A stretch of 21,552 bases of DNA from Candidatus Eiseniibacteriota bacterium (GTDB taxonomy: Bacteria; Eisenbacteria; RBG-16-71-46). Every line of letters starts with the position of its first letter. Positions within the stretch are counted from its first letter, which is position 1. Positions 1 through 7,492 of the stretch are shown piece after piece. The position numbers and the translations under genes were made by a program. The stretch lies in contig JANLWX010000094.1 in NCBI GenBank assembly GCA_031364845.1, positions 1-21,552 on the forward strand. Direction: 5' to 3'. The notes beneath the pieces are model-generated. The model searched no databases and had not been told where the DNA came from. It worked only from the letters and a program-made list of their open reading frames with translations.

Positions 1-181
1 ACCAGAACCGACGGAAGCTAGCACAGACCTTTGGCGGACGTCTACATGCTGCGCGATGCCGCGAGGCCCGAAAGGGCCTCGCCGGGGCCGGGGGCTGGGC
101 GGCCGCCCCCCCACCAGCGTTGCATTTTGCACGAAACGACCGCCCGCGCCGCCTTTCCCGCCCCGAACGGGGTGCAAACCC

Positions 182-209
182 TCAATTTCCCGACGCGCCG
201 GGCCGATAT
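182..209 (+). promoter_or_regulatory. Putative sigma28 (FliA/SigD) promoter
   Basis: TCAA (182-185), 16-nt spacer, then GCCGATAT (202-209). This resembles the TAAA/TCAA-N15-16-GCCGATAA consensus and lies ~70 nt upstream of a motA-like start, a typical sigma28 target. Confidence 0.55.
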
Positions 210-280
210 CGTCCTTAGATCAGAGACCTGGCCCTCGTGGGCTGCGCCCGCGGGGGTTCACCACCTTTCGGGGAACCTGG

Positions 281-469
281 ATGTTCGCCATCATCGGCAT
301 CGTGGTCGTGATCGGATCGGTTCTCGGCGGCTTCACCATCGCCGGCGGCAAGATCCCGGCCCTGTTCCATGTCTCGGAAATCGTGGTGATCTGCGTGACC
401 GCGCTCGGGATCGTGGTGATCTCGACGCCACTCGGCATTCTGAAGTCGCTGTTCGCGAAGATCCTCGGC
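281..469 (+). pseudogene. motA: Flagellar stator MotA N-terminal fragment (~63 aa, first two TM helices only)
   Basis: ATG281 gives MFAIIGIVVVIGSVLGGFTIAGGKIPALFHVSEIVVICVTALGIVVISTPLGILKSLFAKILG, which follows the MotA N-terminal pattern (IIG..VV.GSV.GG...GG...L....E..II). After 469 the frame turns into non-protein-like Arg-rich sequence. Confidence 0.75.
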
Positions 470-470
470 C

Positions 471-990
471 CTCGTCGTGTACGTGCAGCCGCCGATCACG
501 CGCCTGATGGCCGCGTCGTTTCCCGGACTCGAGATCGTCACGGCTCTCGACGGCGTGGAGTACGACGCGTGGTGCGGACACATGAGCCTGCCGCTGCGTC
601 TCGGAATCCGCGAGGTGGGCGACATCCCGCTCGAGCCGTGGCTCGGAAACTTCGGCCCGCGCTCGCCGCGCGAGCGGCCGCGCGTCGGTATCAACTGGGC
701 CGGCAATCCGTCGTTCACCTACGACTTCATCCGCTCCGCGCATCTCGAAGAGTTGAGCCTGCTGCTGCAGGTCGGTGAAGTCGAGTGGTGCTCGCTCCAT
801 CGCGGGCATCTGGAGCACGAAGTACGCGCCTACGGGCTCGCGCAGCCGCTGGCGGAGGCCGCCGACTTCCTCGACACCGCACGCGTGATCGCCCGTAACC
901 GTGTGCTCTCAGAGTGAGCCGGGCAACTGGTTCGGGGCGATCGCTCAGGCGCTGGAAGTGATCCGCGCGGAGCTGCTGCCCGCCGCGTAG
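471..990 (+). pseudogene. C-terminal remnant of a GT9-like/TPR-associated glycosyltransferase; 5'-truncated and internally deleted or frameshifted
   Basis: The 471-917 frame has LVVYVQPPITRLM, MSLPLRLG, RVGINWAGNP...D..RS and DFLDTARVIA. The family-type C-terminus (SQSEPGNWFGAIAQALEVIRAELLPAA*) is in a different frame (895-990). The usual intervening LDLVISVDT...SPWYP segment is absent. Confidence 0.65.
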
Positions 991-1014
991 GCTGGCGTCA
1001 TCTCGGAGGCGCGC

Positions 1015-1764
1015 TCACCACAGACGGCGGCCCGCGGCGCGAAACCGGCGGACCGAGTCGGCATCGGGCCACGAGAAATACGATCCCGCCTCAAGATCGA
1101 GCGGCTGGCGCACGAGCGTGCCCTGCTCGACTCCCTCCAGCACTTCGAGCAGCAGCTCGGCGGCGATGCCTTTGGAGCGTGTGATGAATCGGTCGAGGGT
1201 TTCGTGCGGGCCGATTTCGAACGTCCGCAACCCGACGCGCTCGCCGGAATCGATGCGTTCGTCCACGAAGTAGATCGAAACGCCGGCCTGGCGCTCGCCG
1301 TTGGCCATCATCCAGAAACTCGGCATCACGCCGCGATATTGCGGCAGGATCGCACCATGGATGTTGAGAATTCCCAGGCGCGGGATCGTGATCAGCTCGC
1401 GCTTATAGATTTGCGGAGTACTGACCGAGACCAGCACGTCGGCGGCTTCGGCGCGCAGGCGGTCCATGAAGCGGGAATCATTGACGTCTGCGATCTCCTC
1501 GCACTGCACACCCCATCGCGCGCAGCACGATGCGATCGACCGGCGCCGCAGTTTCGCTCCCGCAACGCGCGCCGCGAGTTTGCCGGCGGCTCCGAGGCCG
1601 AACGTGCGCGCGTAGCGAACGGCGGCATCGGCGGGGGTCTGCTTACGGTAGAGCGGAGGCACCACGTAGACGGCGACCGTGTCCGCCGCGCGCTGCGCGA
1701 GCACCTGGTCGTAGAACGCGGGCAGGTAGATCGGATCGTCGGTCGTGAGGAACGTGAGCTTCAC
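1015..1764 (-). CDS. Formyltransferase (Formyl_trans_N family, Fmt-like; probable glycan N-formyltransferase)
   Basis: ILNIHGAILPQYRG (N-x-H...LPxYRG motif) and GVSIYFVDERIDSG. The GTG start overlaps the upstream TGA (GTGA 1761-1764). Confidence 0.85.
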   Translation of the reverse strand: MKLTFLTTDDPIYLPAFYDQVLAQRAADTVAVYVVPPLYRKQTPADAAVRYARTFGLGAAGKLAARVAGAKLRRRSIASCCARWGVQCEEIADVNDSRFMDRLRAEAADVLVSVSTPQIYKRELITIPRLGILNIHGAILPQYRGVMPSFWMMANGERQAGVSIYFVDERIDSGERVGLRTFEIGPHETLDRFITRSKGIAAELLLEVLEGVEQGTLVRQPLDLEAGSYFSWPDADSVRRFRAAGRRLW

Positions 1765-2711
1765 GGGTTCCTCCAGCCCGCGATCACATCGTCGAAGCGT
1801 CCGAACGGCAGCGCGTGCATGAGGTGCCGCAGCCGTCCGACCAGCGACACGCGCCCGAGGCTCTGGTGCATGCGGTACAGCGGCGAGACGGTGTCGCGAT
1901 AATCGTCCATCTCGCGCGGGCTGAATTCATAGGGGTGGCAATAGATCACCACCGGACGGCCTTCGTCGAGCACCGAGCGCAGTGCGACTTCGAGCAGCGC
2001 CTGCGGCATCAATCGGAAGTAACCGCCGCCGGCGACGGGAACGCGCACCTTCCCGATGCGGCCGATCGCCACCGGGACCTCGAAGATCTCACCGCCGTTC
2101 GCGAGCGGCACCGACCGCGGCGAATCGCCCCAGCCCTCGATTCCATAGCGGCGCGTCTTGAGCGGGAAGATCGAGGAGTCGATCGTGAAGCCGGACTCCG
2201 CCAGCACTTCGAGTGCCCACAGATTCTGGGACAGGATCGAGAAGTCGGGCGCCCGGAACGACGAAACGCGCGTGCCGCAGGCATCCTCGACCGACTTGCG
2301 CGAGGCGTCGATCTCCTGACGGAGCGCCGCGCGATCCATCGAGTACAGAGGCCGGTGGCTGTAGGCGTGCGACTGGATTTCGTGTCCCTGGCGCTGGACG
2401 TCCTGAACCAGGCGCGGAAACGCTTCGGCGACCTTGCCCTGGAAGAAGAACGTGCCCTTGACGCCGCAATCGTCGAGCAGCTTGCACACACGATCGACGT
2501 TACGGACCACACGCTCGCTGATCGCGGCATCGAAGTCGACGTTGGACTGATACCAGTCCTCGACATCGACCGTGAACGCGCACGTCGGCGCCACACCCGC
2601 ACGTACCGTGGCCATCGTGCGGCCGAGCCGCGCGCCGCCGAGCAGCGCCGTGCCGACAGCGAATGCGTTCGCGAGGGCAGATTGAGGTTCGGGAGGTGAC
2701 GCCGAAGCCAT
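1761..2711 (-). CDS. Polysaccharide deacetylase (CE4/NodB) with DUF3473-type C-terminus, similar to the PEP-CTERM-locus subfamily
   Basis: FTVDVEDWYQ, KGTFF, GHEIQSHAYSH, FRAPDFSI, DSSIFP, PVAGGGYFRL, YCHPYEF. The start is uncertain (2711, 2758 or 2834). Confidence 0.88.
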   Translation of the reverse strand: MASASPPEPQSALANAFAVGTALLGGARLGRTMATVRAGVAPTCAFTVDVEDWYQSNVDFDAAISERVVRNVDRVCKLLDDCGVKGTFFFQGKVAEAFPRLVQDVQRQGHEIQSHAYSHRPLYSMDRAALRQEIDASRKSVEDACGTRVSSFRAPDFSILSQNLWALEVLAESGFTIDSSIFPLKTRRYGIEGWGDSPRSVPLANGGEIFEVPVAIGRIGKVRVPVAGGGYFRLMPQALLEVALRSVLDEGRPVVIYCHPYEFSPREMDDYRDTVSPLYRMHQSLGRVSLVGRLRHLMHALPFGRFDDVIAGWRNP

Positions 2712-3027
2712 GGCAAAACTGCTGCCGCCGCGAGCGGCAGGCAGAACCCGCGAGTTCATTTCGAACTCGTGTCCGAGCGCGGCGAGGCACAGACCCGGGA
2801 AGAACGAGGAGATACAGCGCGAGGTGAGGGTCATGTCGACCTACGATGGTAACGGACAGTGAGCCTCACACCCTAAAGGAATCGTGGCGGACCGATCCGC
2901 CGGTACCCGTCCGAGGCCCGAATTTGGCGGGCGAAACCACCCAGCGCGCGGCGCTCGGAGTCGAGGGACGTTGGAAACCCCACGGTCCCGCGGGCACGTT
3001 CTGCTCGAACGCGCCCGCGGGCAGAGG

Positions 3028-3450
3028 TCAGCGCGCGAGGGCCGCGACGCCGAAGAACAGCTTCACTTCACGCTCGGCGCTTGCGGGGCTGTCCGAAGCG
3101 TGAACGGAGTTCATTTGTTTGCTCTCACCGAACACCTTGCGGATCGTGCCCGGACCGGCTTGAGCCGGGTCGGTCGCGCCGACAACTTCGCGGAGCGTGG
3201 TGATCGCCTTCTCACGCTCGAGGCACGTCAGCATCACCGGGCCCGACGTCATGTAGCCGACGAGGTCATTGAAGAACGGCTTGCCGTTGTGCTCCGCATA
3301 GAACTCCTGGCACTGCTCGCGCGTGAGCTGCGCGAGCCGCGCCTCCGCGATCCGAAAGCCTTCGCCTTCGACGTGCGCGAGAATCCTGCCGATCAGGTTG
3401 CGGCTCACCCCGTCGGGTTTGACGATGAACAGCGTGCGTTCCAACACCAA
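3028..3450 (-). CDS. ndk: Nucleoside diphosphate kinase
   Basis: ERTLFIVKPDGV, FYAEH.GKPFF..LV.YMTSGP, GATDP..A.PGTIR, and catalytic NSVHASDS. A GGAGG RBS lies just upstream of the TTG/GTG start. Confidence 0.97.
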   Translation of the reverse strand: MVLERTLFIVKPDGVSRNLIGRILAHVEGEGFRIAEARLAQLTREQCQEFYAEHNGKPFFNDLVGYMTSGPVMLTCLEREKAITTLREVVGATDPAQAGPGTIRKVFGESKQMNSVHASDSPASAEREVKLFFGVAALAR

Positions 3451-3505
3451 AGTTTCCTCCTTGGTCGATCACCCGGATGTCCGTCCGGCGGAATGATGTG
3501 TTCGT

Positions 3506-4621
3506 TCAGCGACGACCGCTGCGGCTCACCGGACGCGCGCGTCCTGCGCGGCCCGGCCGCGATGCAGCCGTATGACTGCGTGATGCTGCCGTGCGTTTCT
3601 TTCCGTTGCGGCTCGGTGCCGCGGCTTTCGCCCGCCGCGCCGGCACCGTCTTCTTCTTGGCGGGCGCGGACCTTGTGCGTATCGCCGCGGGCTTCACGCG
3701 CTTCGCGGGCTTCGCCGCGCGCACGCGACGACGTCCCATGAGATCTTTGACCAGCCCCGGAATCTCGGACGGGATGCGCGCGACCGGCACGCCGGCCGCC
3801 TCGAACGCCGCCATCTTCTCGGCCGCGGTCCCGGTGCCGCCCGAGATGATCGCACCGGCGTGCCCCATGCGCTTGCCGGGCGGTGCCGTCTGGCCCGCGA
3901 TGAAGGCGACGACCGGCTTCTTCACATGGCGCTTGATGAAGCGCGCGGCGTCTTCCTCGTCGGTGCCGCCGATTTCGCCCATGAGCACGATCGCCTCGGT
4001 CAGCGGATCCGCTTCGTAGAGTTCGAGCGCGTCGATGAAGTTGGTCCCGATCACCGGATCGCCGCCGATGCCGAGGCACGTCGACTGTCCGAGCCCGGCG
4101 TACGTGAGCTGATGGATCACTTCATAGGTGAGCGTTCCGCTGCGCGACACGACGCCGATCGGTCCGGTCTTGCAGATATGACCCGGAAGGATCCCGACCT
4201 TGCTCGCTCCGGGGCTGATGAGGCCCGGACAGTTGGGTCCGATCAGCCGCGGGCGGATGCCGCCGTTCGCCGCCCGGATGGCGGCCACATGATGGAAGGC
4301 CCCGAGCGCGTCGCGCACCGGCACGCCTTCGGTGATGCACACGATGAGCGCGACGCCCGCATCGGCCGCTTCGAGCACCGCGTCGCCGGCGAACGGGGCG
4401 GGAACGTAGATCACCGAAGTGTTGGCGCGGGTCGCAGCGACCGCCTCGGCCACGCTGTCGAACACCGGCACACCGTGGACCTGCTCGCCACCCTTGCCCG
4501 GTGTGACCCCTGCCACCACCTTCGTGCCGTAGTCGATCATCTGGCGGGTATGGAATCCGCCGTCGCGCCCGGTGATGCCCTGCACCACGAGGCGGGTGTT
4601 CTTGTCGATGAGGATGCTCAC
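3506..4621 (-). CDS. sucD: Succinyl-CoA synthetase alpha subunit with a 75-aa basic C-terminal extension
   Basis: [43 protein letters not shown], phospho-His motif [11 protein letters not shown]4621 overlaps the sucC TGA. Confidence 0.96.
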   Translation of the reverse strand: MSILIDKNTRLVVQGITGRDGGFHTRQMIDYGTKVVAGVTPGKGGEQVHGVPVFDSVAEAVAATRANTSVIYVPAPFAGDAVLEAADAGVALIVCITEGVPVRDALGAFHHVAAIRAANGGIRPRLIGPNCPGLISPGASKVGILPGHICKTGPIGVVSRSGTLTYEVIHQLTYAGLGQSTCLGIGGDPVIGTNFIDALELYEADPLTEAIVLMGEIGGTDEEDAARFIKRHVKKPVVAFIAGQTAPPGKRMGHAGAIISGGTGTAAEKMAAFEAAGVPVARIPSEIPGLVKDLMGRRRVRAAKPAKRVKPAAIRTRSAPAKKKTVPARRAKAAAPSRNGKKRTAASRSHTAASRPGRAGRARPVSRSGRR

Positions 4622-5757
4622 GCCGTCACCTCCTGGGCCTTCTCGATCACCATGCGAACCGCCTCGTCCATGCTGGTCGTGGCACCGAGACCGTGATCGG
4701 CCAGAATCTTGCGCGCGAGTTCCTCGTTGGTGCCGGTGAGCCGGATCACGAGCGGCACGTCGAGCGGCGATTCCTTGAGCGACTGAACAATGCCGTTCGC
4801 GACATCGTCGCACCGCGTGATGCCGCCGAAGATGTTGAACAATATCGCGCGCACATGCGAATCGCCGGTGATGATGCGGAACGCCGCGGTCACCTTTTCG
4901 GGATTCGACGAACCGCCGATGTCGAGGAAGTTCGCCGGTTCGCCGCCATAGTGCTTGACCAGATCCATCGTCGCCATCGCGAGCCCGGCGCCGTTGACCA
5001 CGCAGCCGATGTCGCCGTCGAGCTTCACGTACGACAGACCCTTCTCGCGCGCGAGCCTCGCCCCCGGCGTCTCGTCATCGGGATCGCGCCACGTCTCCCA
5101 CTCGCGATGACGGAATTCCGCGTTGTCGTCGAGGATGACTTTTGCATCGAGTGCCAGAACGCGCCCTTCGGGCGTGACGGCGAGCGGGTTGATCTCCGCG
5201 AGCGAGCAGTCGCCCTCCCAGTACACGCGCCACAGCTTCATCAGGATGTCGGCGGCCTGTGCGGTCTGCTTCGGATCCGGCAGCAGCGGCTTCATCAGCG
5301 CGCGCGCTTCGTAGGAACGCAAACCGCGCAAAGGAATGTGATGCCGAACGATCTTCTCGGGAGCGGTGCGCGCGACTTCTTCGATGTCCACACCGCCCTC
5401 GGCCGACATCATGATCAACGGCAGCTTCTTTGCGCGATCGAGCACGATCGAGAGGTACAGCTCCTTCGCGATGTCGGCCGCCTGCGCCACGAGCACGTTG
5501 CGCACCGGCAGGCCCTTGATCGTGAGTGCCAGGATGTCGCGCGCGCGCTCGAACGCCTCATCCGGCGTGTGCGCGAGTTTGACGCCACCCGCCTTGCCGC
5601 GCCCACCCGCCTGCACCTGTGCCTTGATCACGACCGTGGTCCCGATCGTGGTCGCGATCGAGCGCGCCTCTTCGGGGGTCGAGGCGACCTGCCCCGGCAG
5701 CAGCGGCAACCCGAAGCGCGCGAACAGTTCCTTCGCCTGGTATTCGTGAAGGTTCAT
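4618..5757 (-). CDS. sucC: Succinyl-CoA synthetase beta subunit
   Basis: [63 protein letters not shown]. The true start is ATG5757, not the ORF-track start at 6447. Confidence 0.97.
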   Translation of the reverse strand: MNLHEYQAKELFARFGLPLLPGQVASTPEEARSIATTIGTTVVIKAQVQAGGRGKAGGVKLAHTPDEAFERARDILALTIKGLPVRNVLVAQAADIAKELYLSIVLDRAKKLPLIMMSAEGGVDIEEVARTAPEKIVRHHIPLRGLRSYEARALMKPLLPDPKQTAQAADILMKLWRVYWEGDCSLAEINPLAVTPEGRVLALDAKVILDDNAEFRHREWETWRDPDDETPGARLAREKGLSYVKLDGDIGCVVNGAGLAMATMDLVKHYGGEPANFLDIGGSSNPEKVTAAFRIITGDSHVRAILFNIFGGITRCDDVANGIVQSLKESPLDVPLVIRLTGTNEELARKILADHGLGATTSMDEAVRMVIEKAQEVTA

Positions 5758-5777
5758 CCGTATCCCCCGCCAGGTGC

Positions 5778-7262
5778 CTAGTTGTTGTCGATCTGCGCCC
5801 GCTGCAGGCGGCCGCTGAAGTCGACGTAGATGCTCTTCCATTCGGTGAACGCGTCGAGCAGCGTGTGTCCCGCTTCGCGATGGCCGTTGCCGGTGCCGCG
5901 CACGCCGCCGAATGGCAGATGCGTCTCGGCGCCGGTCGTGCCGTGATTCACGTAGACGATTCCGGTCTCGAGATCGCGCATCGCCTGGAATGCGCGATTC
6001 ACGTCGGCGGTGAAGATCGACGACGACAGTCCAAACGCGACGCGGTTGTTGACTTCGATCGCCTCCTCCAGCGAACCGACACTGAGGAACGACAGCACCG
6101 GACCGAAGATCTCCTCCTGCGCGATGCGCATGGCCGGCTTCACTCCGGAGAACACCGTCGGCTGATAGAACGATCCCTTGCCGAGCGTGGTGCCGGTCGC
6201 GCGTTCGCCGCCCGCGGCGAGCGTGGCGCCTTCGCCGGTGCCGATGCCGACATACTGATGCACGCGCTCGAGCTGCTTTTGACTTACGACCGGTCCCATC
6301 TGAGTCGCGGGATCGAGCCCGTCGCCGATGCGCAGGGCGCGCGCGCGCTGGACCACCAGCTGCAGCAGCTCGTCGTGGATCTTCTCGTGCACGATCGCGC
6401 GGCTGCACGCCGTGCAGCGCTGACCGGTGGTGCCGAACGCACTCCACGACAGGGCGTCGGCCGCGAGTGCGAGATCAGCGTCTTCCATCACGATCACCGC
6501 GTTCTTGCCGCCCATCTCGAGTGACACGCGCTTGCCGGTGCGGGCGCATTCGCCGGCGATCCAGGTGCCCACCGCGTTCGAGCCGGTGAATGACATCAGA
6601 TCGATGCCCGGATGCTGGACCAGCGGCTGACCGCAGCGGCCGCCGTCGCCGTGCACCAGATTGAACACGCCCGGCGGGAATCCTGCTTCCTCGATCAGCT
6701 TCGCCATGTTGACACCGGTCTCGGGCGACAGCTCGGACGGCTTGAAGACGATCGTGTTGCCGGCCAGCAGCGCGGGGAAGATCTTCCACGACGGCACCGC
6801 GAACGGAAAGTTCCACGCGGTGATCACGCCGACCACGCCGACCGGAACGCGCACCGACATCGCCCACTTGTTCGGCATTTCGCTCGGCGTCGTGACGCCG
6901 TACATGCGGCGCCCCTCGCCCGCGGCGAGATAGGCCATGTCGACGCCTTCCTGCACGTCACCGAGCGTCTCGATCAGGATCTTGCCCATCTCGCGCGTCG
7001 CCGCCTGCGCAAGCGACTCCTTGCGCTCCGCGATCAGCGCGCCCAACCGGTAGAGCATCTCGCCGCGCTTGGGCGCCGGTGTGAGCTGCCAGCCGCGCTT
7101 CGCCGCCTGCGCCGCCTCGACCGCGGCCGCGACGTCGGCGGCATCGGAATCGGGGAACTCGCCGATCGAAGCACCCGTCGCCGGATTCACATTGGAAAAC
7201 GTGCGGCCGGATTGCGCGGGCACCCAGCGGCCGCCGATGAAGTTGAGGAACGGTTCGGACAT
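5778..7262 (-). CDS. NAD(P)-dependent aldehyde dehydrogenase (substrate unknown)
   Basis: ITAWNFP, FKPSE, FTGS, catalytic LEMGGKN and GQRCTA, EEIFGP, PFGG. Start taken at MSEPFLNFIGG. Confidence 0.93.
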   Translation of the reverse strand: MSEPFLNFIGGRWVPAQSGRTFSNVNPATGASIGEFPDSDAADVAAAVEAAQAAKRGWQLTPAPKRGEMLYRLGALIAERKESLAQAATREMGKILIETLGDVQEGVDMAYLAAGEGRRMYGVTTPSEMPNKWAMSVRVPVGVVGVITAWNFPFAVPSWKIFPALLAGNTIVFKPSELSPETGVNMAKLIEEAGFPPGVFNLVHGDGGRCGQPLVQHPGIDLMSFTGSNAVGTWIAGECARTGKRVSLEMGGKNAVIVMEDADLALAADALSWSAFGTTGQRCTACSRAIVHEKIHDELLQLVVQRARALRIGDGLDPATQMGPVVSQKQLERVHQYVGIGTGEGATLAAGGERATGTTLGKGSFYQPTVFSGVKPAMRIAQEEIFGPVLSFLSVGSLEEAIEVNNRVAFGLSSSIFTADVNRAFQAMRDLETGIVYVNHGTTGAETHLPFGGVRGTGNGHREAGHTLLDAFTEWKSIYVDFSGRLQRAQIDNN

Positions 7263-7385
7263 CGATCGTCTCCGAGGCACGGGCCGGGATCGCTCACGAC
7301 CGCGTTCGGCCCCGGAGAGTTTCCGGGCGAACGGGCAGTCTGGAGAGTCGCGGACGCAGCATGCCGGAAGGGAAAAAGGACGAAT

Positions 7386-7415
7386 ACCTTAAGGTGGCGT
7401 GCCCGGCGGAATCAA
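7386..7415 (-). promoter_or_regulatory. Putative sigma70-type promoter of the aldh-sucCD-ndk operon
   Basis: On the - strand, TTGATT (7415-7410), an 18-nt spacer, then TAAGGT (7391-7386), ~125 nt upstream of the ALDH start. Confidence 0.35.
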
Positions 7416-7492
7416 GCGGGGGAAACCGCCGCGGGAATCGCGCCCTCGGATCAACACGGCCGCGGCTGCCCACGGCGTGAACACCCTGATTG

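Noticed and set aside
56..778. 240-aa ORF as an intact gene
   Set aside because: Only 281-469 is protein-like (MotA). The flanks are Arg/Pro-rich off-frame translation.
2874..2898. Second sigma28-like motif TAAAG...ACCGAT
   Set aside because: The spacing is too short (13 nt) and no credible + strand gene lies downstream.
4622..6447. N-terminal extensions of SucC (from 6447) and SucD (from 4813) in the ORF track
   Set aside because: They overlap upstream genes out of frame. The canonical N-termini start at 5757 and 4621.
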